Of a stretch of 32,000 bases of DNA, positions 1 through 7,945 are shown in pieces. The DNA is from Polynucleobacter difficilis (lineage in GTDB: Bacteria > Pseudomonadota > Gammaproteobacteria > Burkholderiales > Burkholderiaceae). Numbering within the stretch: position 1 is the first letter of the stretch; each line of letters begins with the position of its first letter. The stretch lies in contig NZ_CP023276.1 of NCBI RefSeq assembly GCF_003065365.1, forward strand, positions 897,231 to 929,230, given 5' to 3'. Both the position numbers and the translations under genes were made by a program. The notes below the pieces were generated by a model. The model did not search any database, was not told the origin of the DNA, and was given only the letters and a program-made list of their open reading frames with translations.

Positions 1-376
1 GGTGAATGTCGCGGCAGTCACCAAACATGAAAACAGCCCGAATCGTACGATCAACCAATACCGATATTAAAAATTGAGGCCAGTGCGATTGGCGCCCCTT
101 GTACTGAATAACCGAATCGTTAATAGGGGGATAGAACAGGTCATCCCCACTATTAAAATTAACTTTAGTAACGTTAGCACCACGATTGCGCCAGTAGTGC
201 CCTAGCTTAGAAAAGAAAGGGCCAACAGGCCCTTGCAATAAAAGAATGTTGCTGTAGTTCGGTAAATCACTTAGTAATAAAGTGCGATTAAAGCCATCTT
301 GCCGAATTGCCAGTCTAGTTGTAGTGGTGGGCGATATTGGTCGCTCGCCCAGCAATTCGGTATCAAGATAACCCAC
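1..376 (-). CDS. kpsS: Capsule polysaccharide modification protein KpsS (beta-Kdo transferase), N-terminal part; the gene runs off the window start
   Basis: Not in the ORF track because it has no stop in the window. My reverse-strand translation is open from about 376 to base 1. It reads ...NILLLQGPVGPFFSKLGHYWRNRGANVTKVNFNSGDDLFY...AVFMFGDCRDIH, which matches the hallmark KpsS N-terminus (LLLQGPxGPFF ... NGGD ... FGDCRxxH). The start is uncertain: GTG at 376, or TTG at 355. Confidence 0.8.
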   Translation of the reverse strand, partial: MGYLDTELLGERPISPTTTTRLAIRQDGFNRTLLLSDLPNYSNILLLQGPVGPFFSKLGHYWRNRGANVTKVNFNSGDDLFYPPINDSVIQYKGRQSHWPQFLISVLVDRTIRAVFMFGDCRDIH

Positions 377-390
377 AGCTCAGTACTAAA

Positions 391-1083
391 TTAAAACCGG
401 TACCCAATACCAATTAGGCCGTTGTACGCACTAACTCCTGGATTAACAGCGTAGGTAGTATTGCCTGAAGTAACGCCGGCATTTGGTTTGCTGTAACTGT
501 AGTAATTGGCTTCAGCAAATCCATACAATCCACCCTGAATCACTTGGCGATAGCCCAGGCCCAGTGAGTAGCCGGTTTGGTTTTGACTTAGCGGGCTTAA
601 AAATCCACTATTGCCTTGCAGACTCTGTCCTGTAAAGCCAACCTTGGCATAGGCTAGTCCAGTTTTATTGACTGCAATGGCTGGCGAGAAAAAGATGTTG
701 TAGCGGTTCGATACTTTATAGCTGCCATTGAGCGAAGCTTGGCCTGGGCTAGCAACGGTGTAGCTCGATGTCTGTTGGCTTAGTGGTTGATACTCGGCGC
801 CTAAGCCCAGTAAAAAGTCGGCATGAACAGGAATATAGACTCCTATACCAATAGCGCCTGCAAAGTTAGAGCGGTGCGGATTGGATCCAGTCGGATTTAA
901 AGTAACTGAATTACCACCAGAGCTCGATACCACGGAATTATTGCTGGTATCGGTTCGCTCATACCCAATACCGACTTGACCATAAAATCCTGCTAATGCG
1001 CTTTGTGCTAGGGCAGCGCTTGATGCGCCATTGAGGCAGGCAAGGGCTAAGGCAAGGCGAAAACTGGACTTTGCGAAAGGCAT
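391..1083 (-). CDS. Outer-membrane beta-barrel protein (OmpW/OmpA-N-like small porin fold), 230 aa
   Basis: An internal ATG at 1083 is preceded by AAGGAG (1091-1096 on the reverse strand). It gives the signal peptide MPFAKSSFRLALALACLNGASSAALAQ. The protein shows an alternating Gly/aromatic beta-strand pattern and a terminal GIGYRF with C-terminal Phe, typical of OMPs. The 272-aa track ORF (start 1209) is probably over-extended. Confidence 0.75.
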   Translation of the reverse strand: MPFAKSSFRLALALACLNGASSAALAQSALAGFYGQVGIGYERTDTSNNSVVSSSGGNSVTLNPTGSNPHRSNFAGAIGIGVYIPVHADFLLGLGAEYQPLSQQTSSYTVASPGQASLNGSYKVSNRYNIFFSPAIAVNKTGLAYAKVGFTGQSLQGNSGFLSPLSQNQTGYSLGLGYRQVIQGGLYGFAEANYYSYSKPNAGVTSGNTTYAVNPGVSAYNGLIGIGYRF

Positions 1084-1219
1084 TGGAAAGCTCCTTAAAT
1101 TGAAAAATTTATTGTAATTTTTAGTAACAGTCTGAATAACAACTAAAGTTGTATTCATATGTAAATAACAACAAAATAAGGAAATGACTCGACTGAAAAA
1201 AATGAACATAGCAATATGC

Positions 1220-3514
1220 CTACATGCCCTTAACGCGATGGATAAGCCCCATTAGCCTTGCTAAGCAGGCATTGGTACTGGCATTCCATAGTCTCCAAAC
1301 AAAGCCTTTTGGGGCAGTCTTCATGTCTTGTAGGGCGGTGATTAAAGCCTCGGGCGTGCAGTACAGCTGACTTTTTGGATGCAGATAGCTAGGATACAAA
1401 ATTAGGCTACCTGCAATCAGTTCTAGAAGGCTAAGTTTGCGTGTTCTGCGGTCGAGGCGATGGCGATCTGTTGTAAGCCCCCAGCCAGCATAAAACGGTA
1501 ACCCATAGCAAAAAACAGGAACACCTCGAATTAATGCTTCAAATCCAGAGAGCGAACTGATGGTGTGCAGCGCATCCACAAATGGCAAACAATCCACCAG
1601 TGCAACATCAGAAACAAGCAGATCATAGGCTCTTTGATGATCAGCAGAGCTGCCACCACTAAATCGAACTGAGGTGGCAATATCCGGATGAGGTTTATAG
1701 ACAATAAACGCATTGGGGAATTGTTCTCGAACTGCCCGAAGAAGAGCGGTATTGCTTAATATATCTACGCCCCCAAAGCGAACCGATGCATCGACTTCAA
1801 CTTGGCCAATAACAAACAAGCAAGGGCGGGTGGGGTGCTCTTCTCGAATCCTTTTTAATGCCGCCAAATCCTGTTGCGCAGCACCCAGCCTTTTTAAGCT
1901 CTCTAAATTGTATTTACTGATCCCCAGGGTAATCAACTGCCCTTGTAGCAAAGTAGCCCTAGTAAGCAAGGGCAGATCAAATACCATAGTCTGCAGGATA
2001 TGTTCTAAATCACTAACCGATCTCGCATCGTAATAAATACCAAGGCGATCAAATACCCAAGAGTAAGGCTTGGCTAATGCCGCACCAAGACCAATGGACC
2101 GTATAAAGCCATCCTCAACCTGAATACGCTCGCCATGAATAGGGTAATCATCACTCCCTATAGGTGTACTACCCCAGCGAACAGCGATGCTGTCTGGATA
2201 TGCAGAATGGCCATGCGTTGAATCACTATCAACGAAGGCGCGAGGATGATGATCATCGCTGCCACCCGCAACACAGCCGCCAGTAACGCTAACACCAGCA
2301 GAACGACGACCAACACCAACACCAATCCATTGAGCACCTTGAGTAAAGCGCCCTAAATGGCGTAGTTTATTTCTAGAAAACCCGAGCGGAATCAAGCGCT
2401 GTTTAAAGCGGCTACGCATCACGCGTTGAAACCCTAAATACGAGATCAAATCTTCAACTTCACATAACTGATTGGTTTCAGGGTGAAGGTATCGAGGGTA
2501 ACGAACTAAGGCGGCATAAATCAGTTGTTCTAGGCTAATACTGCAGCGCCGCTCTGGCGCATGAAGGTAATCGTAAGTGAGACCCCAGCCCGCATAAAAG
2601 GGCATACCAAAGGTATAAACCGTCTTACCCCATAAGAGGGCCTCAAAACCAGCTTGCGAGCTCACGGTATAGACTGCGCTGGCTTCTTTAATGACGCTTG
2701 GCAAGCTGTAATCATCCGTCATAATCCGAATCCGTGGATTACGAGAAATAGCAGAACCAGGTGATAGATCGAAGTGCCCTAATTTAGTACCGCGCACCAC
2801 CTCTGGATGCACTTTGATCACAATATGCTCAATTGCTGTTTGAGCAAGCGCAGCTTCCAGCATGACTATGAACGACGACTCATCAGCAAAAGCCCCGGCC
2901 ACGGATTGATCGCCGCGGGTTTGGTCAATTAATAAAATATAAGGGGCGCCAAGCCAGTCATTACACCAGACATCACCAGAGGTATCACCCAAGACATCAA
3001 CCCAGGAATTACGCCAAGCATCACTGCTGCGCAGCCAATCGGGCGCGTGATTGTATTTTGAGACGCCATGCTGAATCCACAAGTCACGTACCAATTGGGC
3101 TCGAGCAACTTGATCTGCATTCAGGGGGCTAGCAATCAAGGCCTCTAACCTAGACGGATGCCTTGCATCGTAATAAATACCTAAATCATCAACCACTAAA
3201 CTCATGCGACGTGAGGCAGGCTCTAAACCGTATAAAAAACCATCCTCAACACGCAGTAGAGGAATGGATAAGCGAGTTGCTAAAGCACTTGCTGAAAATG
3301 CGCTGGGTTTAGTGCCCCAAGCAAGAACTCCATCCAGCTCGGAAGTGAGTCGCGAGTGAAGTGGGCTATACACATCGCATTCTGGAAAAAAAGATGCCAA
3401 ATTTTGACGATAGAGCCCCCAGGAAGTAATGCCGTAACGAGGCCGTGATCCAGGAGAGGAATGCGAAACAAGGGCAGGAGGGCGGAAAAGAGAGACAGGG
3501 TGAAAATCAGGCAC
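1220..3514 (-). CDS. kpsC: Capsule biosynthesis protein KpsC (tandem beta-Kdo transferase domains), 764 aa, GTG start
   Basis: The capsule-biosynthesis domain is duplicated. The motif block RVEDGF...LGIYYDA occurs twice (LLRVEDGFLYGLE..DDLGIYYDARHPSRLE and IQVEDGFIRSIGLG..DRLGIYYDARSVSDLE), and FYAGWGLT also occurs twice. It sits with kpsS and kpsEMTD. Confidence 0.9.
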   Translation of the reverse strand: MPDFHPVSLFRPPALVSHSSPGSRPRYGITSWGLYRQNLASFFPECDVYSPLHSRLTSELDGVLAWGTKPSAFSASALATRLSIPLLRVEDGFLYGLEPASRRMSLVVDDLGIYYDARHPSRLEALIASPLNADQVARAQLVRDLWIQHGVSKYNHAPDWLRSSDAWRNSWVDVLGDTSGDVWCNDWLGAPYILLIDQTRGDQSVAGAFADESSFIVMLEAALAQTAIEHIVIKVHPEVVRGTKLGHFDLSPGSAISRNPRIRIMTDDYSLPSVIKEASAVYTVSSQAGFEALLWGKTVYTFGMPFYAGWGLTYDYLHAPERRCSISLEQLIYAALVRYPRYLHPETNQLCEVEDLISYLGFQRVMRSRFKQRLIPLGFSRNKLRHLGRFTQGAQWIGVGVGRRSAGVSVTGGCVAGGSDDHHPRAFVDSDSTHGHSAYPDSIAVRWGSTPIGSDDYPIHGERIQVEDGFIRSIGLGAALAKPYSWVFDRLGIYYDARSVSDLEHILQTMVFDLPLLTRATLLQGQLITLGISKYNLESLKRLGAAQQDLAALKRIREEHPTRPCLFVIGQVEVDASVRFGGVDILSNTALLRAVREQFPNAFIVYKPHPDIATSVRFSGGSSADHQRAYDLLVSDVALVDCLPFVDALHTISSLSGFEALIRGVPVFCYGLPFYAGWGLTTDRHRLDRRTRKLSLLELIAGSLILYPSYLHPKSQLYCTPEALITALQDMKTAPKGFVWRLWNASTNACLARLMGLIHRVKGM

Positions 3515-3610
3515 CCATTGAGTCTATTTAAGCAGAATCACATCAAACCCAACTTTAGTTGGAATTTATAACTAACCCACTCAATAAAAGAGAATATAAA
3601 AAATAAAAAA

Positions 3611-3632
3611 ACGAATAAACAACGAATAAACA
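3611..3632. repeat. Tandem direct repeat, 2 x 11 bp (ACGAATAAACA), in the A-rich spacer upstream of kpsC
   Basis: Read directly: acgaataaaca acgaataaaca at 3611-3632, followed by aataaaaaaa. It lies in the 158-bp gap between the glycosyltransferase stop (3673) and the kpsC start (3514). Confidence 0.7.
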
Positions 3633-3672
3633 AATAAAAAAATCACCAGAAAACACGAATATCCAGCAAGCC

Positions 3673-4638
3673 TTAGGTCAGTTGCTCTAAAGCCTTATTC
3701 AGATCACGCAGGTAGTCTTGAATCGCGGGAGAGGCAGGGCTGTTATCCAGGACCTTAAGCCAGGCAGCATCGGCCATGTTTTGTCGCAATTCGGGTAAGT
3801 TCACTAATTCGACAATGCGTTCAACCCAAAGCGTAGGATCATTTTCTAAAACAAAACCATCCACACCATTGCTAACAAAGTCAGAAAAAGCTGGACCAGC
3901 CGAATAGACTCCAACAGCTCCTGCTCTGGCGTAGTCAAAAAACTTGATAGGACCACGCCCACGATTAAATAAGGTGTCGCGTAAGGGCGCCAATCCAATA
4001 TCTTGGCGTATGGTTTGGGTATGCTTTAAATAGTCTGGCCAGGCCATTGTTGGTAAGACCAGCACACGGGGTATACCTTTAAAGATTCGTGCAACCCGAT
4101 CCCCGCCAATTACTTCAAATAAAGTATTAGGACATCGCCGTTGTACTTCAGCAATCACTGGCGCAAGCCATTTCATATCATCACGGTGAGACCAAGTGCC
4201 GTGATAACAAATACGTACAGATTGCATATCAGAGTCAAGAGAATAAGTAGCAGCAGAAGCAGAATCAGAGAGAACCAAAGAAGATGATGAAGGCAAGTTG
4301 GAAGAAGGTACCCATGAACGCTCTAAAAGAGGGCCACTTGCTACAGGGCGCAATAGACGGGGATTCCAGGCGGCGTACTTATTTGCGAGGTATGGGGTAG
4401 AAACCCAAAGCTCAGAGCATGAAGAAAGTATCCACTTACGCCTGGAGGTGGCTTTATACCAGAGGCGAAATGCATAAGGTAGAGGGATATCCAGAAGAGC
4501 TTTCCAGTCAAGGAGGTCGTCATCCATAAAATAGACAAAAGGCCTTCTAAAAAATGAATTCCCTTGATGTAGATCGCTAATGAAAAATCTGAAGACTAAT
4601 TGTGTCGCGATAGGGTTGAGATCAAAAGCAAAATACAT
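3673..4638 (-). CDS. Glycosyltransferase, GT-B (family 1-like), 321 aa
   Basis: The C-terminal half looks like a GT1 donor-binding domain: ICYHGTWSHRDD..LFEVIGG..GLAPL..FFDYARAGAVGVYSAGPAFSDFVSNGVDGFVLEND. The ATG at 4638 sits directly after the TTG used by the track. Confidence 0.65.
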   Translation of the reverse strand: MYFAFDLNPIATQLVFRFFISDLHQGNSFFRRPFVYFMDDDLLDWKALLDIPLPYAFRLWYKATSRRKWILSSCSELWVSTPYLANKYAAWNPRLLRPVASGPLLERSWVPSSNLPSSSSLVLSDSASAATYSLDSDMQSVRICYHGTWSHRDDMKWLAPVIAEVQRRCPNTLFEVIGGDRVARIFKGIPRVLVLPTMAWPDYLKHTQTIRQDIGLAPLRDTLFNRGRGPIKFFDYARAGAVGVYSAGPAFSDFVSNGVDGFVLENDPTLWVERIVELVNLPELRQNMADAAWLKVLDNSPASPAIQDYLRDLNKALEQLT

Positions 4639-4655
4639 CAAATAGCTAATCGACC

Positions 4656-5237
4656 CTAGCTCGGATCAAAGAAGGAATTGAAGCGACATAGGATATCTTT
4701 GGCGGATAGTTTTCCAGGAGATATTTCAAAATACGCGGCTCTATCAATAACGTTGAGTGGCTTGCAATACTTTTCGATAATATTTTTATAAGGTCTATCA
4801 ACATAGTCGTCAAAAATTATCTTTGTTGGTTTTGTAATATTTGCAAGAGTTGCTAGCATGCAAGCAACTCGGAATCTCCCATCTATTAAAACTAAATCAG
4901 GTGTAATTTTTGCATTATTAAGAATTTCCCATGGCCTAAGTGAGTAGGTATGCCAGTTAGATTGCTTTGACGTATCTAGTGGATGGCCCCACTCTTTGGT
5001 CGGGCCAATATCTACAAATACAGGTATGGTTGAAAGAGCATATCCTTGGATAGAAATTTTCTGCAAAAGGTTTAAGAAAAAAACATAATCAGATTCAACG
5101 GACATACATTTTTTTTTATTTTGAATCAAAAACTCAGTTGATGACCCTGATCCGTACTCCAAAATGAAACTCGATTCTAATGCTTGATTTGAAAAAAATT
5201 TCGCTAATTGTTTAGGGAATGAAAGTAAATTTGTCAT
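4656..5237 (-). CDS. Hypothetical protein, possible SAM-dependent methyltransferase fold, 193 aa
   Basis: It has LEYGSGSST (a motif-I-like glycine loop) and VLIDGRFRVAC. The DNA is very AT-rich. There is an ATGA overlap with the upstream gene. The functional call is weak. Confidence 0.4.
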   Translation of the reverse strand: MTNLLSFPKQLAKFFSNQALESSFILEYGSGSSTEFLIQNKKKCMSVESDYVFFLNLLQKISIQGYALSTIPVFVDIGPTKEWGHPLDTSKQSNWHTYSLRPWEILNNAKITPDLVLIDGRFRVACMLATLANITKPTKIIFDDYVDRPYKNIIEKYCKPLNVIDRAAYFEISPGKLSAKDILCRFNSFFDPS

Positions 5238-5884
5238 TTTATAAAATCAACTATTATAGAAATAGGTTTACCGTTTGCACGGCTGTCATGAGGGGGTGCT
5301 CGTAAAACTGGCATCCCAAGATCATCAAAAGAGTTTGCAGTAAATGTTCCATCGCTTCTCCAATAATGATGAAACACAATAGATTGGCACATCCTAATTT
5401 TTGATGTGAGAATCAGTGCCAGTAATTTTTCATGAGTTGGGTACCAAATGTGGCCGTCGCCATTCATGGGTTGCGTGATCAGAACAATTGAATTGCATGA
5501 TGATGATACGCTCGCACCCATGCCTAGATCGGCTAGTAAATTTCCATAGCAGTCATAAACTGAGCGCATTTTTAACAATGGACAACAATAGTCAGGGGCA
5601 CTGAGTCTAAAAATTCCTCCAGGCTTAAGCGCCCTGTATACGTCATCTAAAATTGCTATATTGTTATCATAAGGTATATGTTCAATAACATCTTGACTTT
5701 GAATTTTTTCGAGAGAATTGTCTTCAAATGGCAGTCTACTATTTAAATTATGCTGGATATCTTTTTCAAACTTAGGATGTAGAGCTAGGCCATAAAATTC
5801 ATTCGATTGGTATTGCGGCTCGCTCGGAAACAGATTTCCAAAATATATCTTTTTTATGTTTTCATTCTTATTCATAAAGATCAT
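5234..5884 (-). CDS. Class I methyltransferase-like protein (Methyltransf_11-like C-terminal half), 216 aa
   Basis: LPFEDNSLEKIQSQDVIEHIPYDNNIAILDDVYRALKPGGIFRLSAPDY is the typical post-motif-I region of SAM methyltransferases from polysaccharide clusters. The N-terminal GxGxG loop looks degenerate (IYFGNL). An alternative start is at 5875. Confidence 0.55.
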   Translation of the reverse strand: MIFMNKNENIKKIYFGNLFPSEPQYQSNEFYGLALHPKFEKDIQHNLNSRLPFEDNSLEKIQSQDVIEHIPYDNNIAILDDVYRALKPGGIFRLSAPDYCCPLLKMRSVYDCYGNLLADLGMGASVSSSCNSIVLITQPMNGDGHIWYPTHEKLLALILTSKIRMCQSIVFHHYWRSDGTFTANSFDDLGMPVLRAPPHDSRANGKPISIIVDFIK

Positions 5885-6749
5885 CGCTTATGTCAGATGG
5901 CGGAAATACATATCCATTCCTATTTCCTGTAATTTTGTAATAATTATTATTTTTGAGTAAATCTCCGGAGTTCTTAAAAGAGTCAGAAGGTTGGTAAATA
6001 AAATTATCCTTAAGGGCAAGATAGTAATACTGCCCAGCGATAACTCTCCCCCCGAAATTGGATCGAACAAACCTATTCGTCCATTCAACATGTCCATAGC
6101 CATATCCTCTGAAGTTAGAGTCAAAGTAGCCAAATATATTTTTTACAAGGTCTTTCTTAACTGCTGTGCACTGACCGGTCACAACTGAAAATAGGGAGGG
6201 GTTTTCCGGAGTACCCCCCCCGCCTTTTAAATATTTAATATGATCTTGATCATAAAACCATGGGGGTGCAACATTAATTTGTCCATAAAGTGAGGCCGCC
6301 ATAATCCATTTTTTTTCCCAGGAAAAATCAGCAATCTCGACATCATCCTCTATTAAGATTATTACGTCTTTGGGACTAATTTCGCTAAAGTAGTAAAGCG
6401 CCCGATTTTTGTTTCTAATTACGCCTTGATTTTGATATCCAATAACTTTAATGTTAAGTTCGGATTCTATAAATTTTGAAGTCAAACTCTTTGAATCATT
6501 ACAGATAATTAGTTCATAAGGTGTGTCGGTAAATTTTTGAATACTTTTCACGAGGTTTGACAAGTGAAAAAATCTATCGCAGGCAATCAGCGCTATTCCC
6601 AGCGTCGGAGCTGCTCCTTTGTATATTCTTTTTTCAATTATTCCATATGTTAAGTAGTGAGCTATTGGATCAACGCTAGCTTTTTTTACATCAGGATTAA
6701 GTACTAAATATTCGGCTGGATCAAAGTCATCAGGTAGTTCGGCCTTCAT
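5868..6749 (-). CDS. Glycosyltransferase, GT-A fold (GT2-like), 293 aa
   Basis: It has a GT-A-like N-terminus (GIALIACDRFFHLSNLVKSIQKFTDTPYELIICNDS) and a DxD-like IEDDVEI. It contains the C8/G8 tract. It overlaps the upstream gene by ATGA. Confidence 0.6.
   Translation of the reverse strand: MKAELPDDFDPAEYLVLNPDVKKASVDPIAHYLTYGIIEKRIYKGAAPTLGIALIACDRFFHLSNLVKSIQKFTDTPYELIICNDSKSLTSKFIESELNIKVIGYQNQGVIRNKNRALYYFSEISPKDVIILIEDDVEIADFSWEKKWIMAASLYGQINVAPPWFYDQDHIKYLKGGGGTPENPSLFSVVTGQCTAVKKDLVKNIFGYFDSNFRGYGYGHVEWTNRFVRSNFGGRVIAGQYYYLALKDNFIYQPSDSFKNSGDLLKNNNYYKITGNRNGYVFPPSDISDDLYE
6214..6221. repeat. Homopolymer C8 (G8 on the coding strand) inside the GT-A glycosyltransferase gene
   Basis: Read directly: gtaCCCCCCCCgcc. 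On the coding strand this is AAA GGC GGG GGG GGT, encoding KGGGGT. Confidence 0.9.
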
Positions 6750-7945
6750 ATAATTCCATCCATAAACATAATTAGTTTTAGGCCCTTGTAATGATTACCA
6801 GATGGGTGCTTAATCATTGACAGTATATTTTTATATTCATCTGGACAATATTTTTTCAGCAGAGATGTAAGGAAGTCGTAGTCATAACCAGCCCTATAAG
6901 CAAGGTCTCTTTTTATTACAAATGGTTGATTTCTTCTGAGGAAATAGGAAAGCCCAAGGTGTGACGGGTTGCCAATACTAATTTCTCTGTATAAATCTTG
7001 TGCAATATTTTGGTAAAAGGCTTTAGTTGCTTGATCTCTTGTAATTGCGGCGCTAATAACAATGTCCTTTGTTTCATTGCCGCCAATTCGAAATGTTTTG
7101 GCTGTATTTGAGGCAATAAGTGTTTCAGTCAGCTTTAATTGAGTCTCAGAAATAGATTTTTGAGATCTATATCTATCGGGCAGCTCACTTAGGATTTCAT
7201 TAATGCATGCAAAGTCAGTAAATTCTTTTTTTAAATCTTGGTATGTATTGATTACATTGATGCTGCAGCCCGTTTTAAGAATTTTTTTGGTTAAGCCAAC
7301 TTCACCGTTTTTAATCATGTACCGTCTTCTATCTAGTGGTAGGTATGATTCCCAAAATTTAATAAAAATAGGATCATTAATTAAACTTTCACTGCAAGAA
7401 AAGAGGAATGATTGAAAGTGAAAGTGAATTTCCTTTACTTGTGAATGCGCAATAAAGTCATATTCAGGATTTATTAATTCATTTATAAGGTCATCAATAA
7501 TTTTCTTCGGATAAATAACGCTATCATTTGCATATATTATTTTTTTCCAATCAAGTAGCGCATTCTTTTTTAAAAATAAAGTGGCATCTTTATAGCCACC
7601 AAAGTCTTTGCCTGTATTATTTCTAGTAATTACGCAATCTGCACCGACTTCTAGCAATCGCTTATCATGCTTAGGGTTTCCGTTATTCACAATAAGAAGT
7701 TGCAATCCCTTTTCTTTAAAAGATTTCAAGGCTTCTAGGGTTAAGTGCGGCAACTTATTCTTTTCAAAAACAATAAAAATAACTAAATTTTTACCGCCAT
7801 CTATGGTTTTTAATGACCCTGAAATTTTTTTGATCCTTAATGCGTAAATATAATTTCCCAATCTCAATCTTTGAGTGAGTGTGATGATGTCATCAATAAA
7901 ACGTACAAATTTTATTTTTGACTGAAAGGTAAGTTTTTTAATCAT
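6746..7945 (-). CDS. Putative glycosyltransferase (GT2/rhamnosyltransferase-like), 399 aa
   Basis: LVIFIVFEKNK..LQLLIVNNGNPKHDKRLLEVGADCVITRNNTGKDFGGYKDA..ANDSVIYP resembles the GT2 pattern (xVDNxS ... N.G.a.g.N.G ... DxD region). It has ATGA overlaps with kpsD upstream and with the next glycosyltransferase downstream. Confidence 0.5.
   Translation of the reverse strand: MIKKLTFQSKIKFVRFIDDIITLTQRLRLGNYIYALRIKKISGSLKTIDGGKNLVIFIVFEKNKLPHLTLEALKSFKEKGLQLLIVNNGNPKHDKRLLEVGADCVITRNNTGKDFGGYKDATLFLKKNALLDWKKIIYANDSVIYPKKIIDDLINELINPEYDFIAHSQVKEIHFHFQSFLFSCSESLINDPIFIKFWESYLPLDRRRYMIKNGEVGLTKKILKTGCSINVINTYQDLKKEFTDFACINEILSELPDRYRSQKSISETQLKLTETLIASNTAKTFRIGGNETKDIVISAAITRDQATKAFYQNIAQDLYREISIGNPSHLGLSYFLRRNQPFVIKRDLAYRAGYDYDFLTSLLKKYCPDEYKNILSMIKHPSGNHYKGLKLIMFMDGII

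Noticed and set aside
1531-3471. Short ORFs inside or antisense to kpsC (1531-1713, 1713-2033, 2929-3120, 3280-3471)
   Set aside because: All are fully embedded in the strongly supported kpsC frame. They have no SD and their composition is low-complexity or unprotein-like. These are typical shadow ORFs.
5109-5117. A/T homopolymers (T9 at 5109-5117, T8 at 6309-6316, A8 at 25256-25263) as slippage sites
   Set aside because: A/T runs of this length are expected in AT-rich DNA and are much less slippage-prone markers than the G/C tracts. Not reported as findings.
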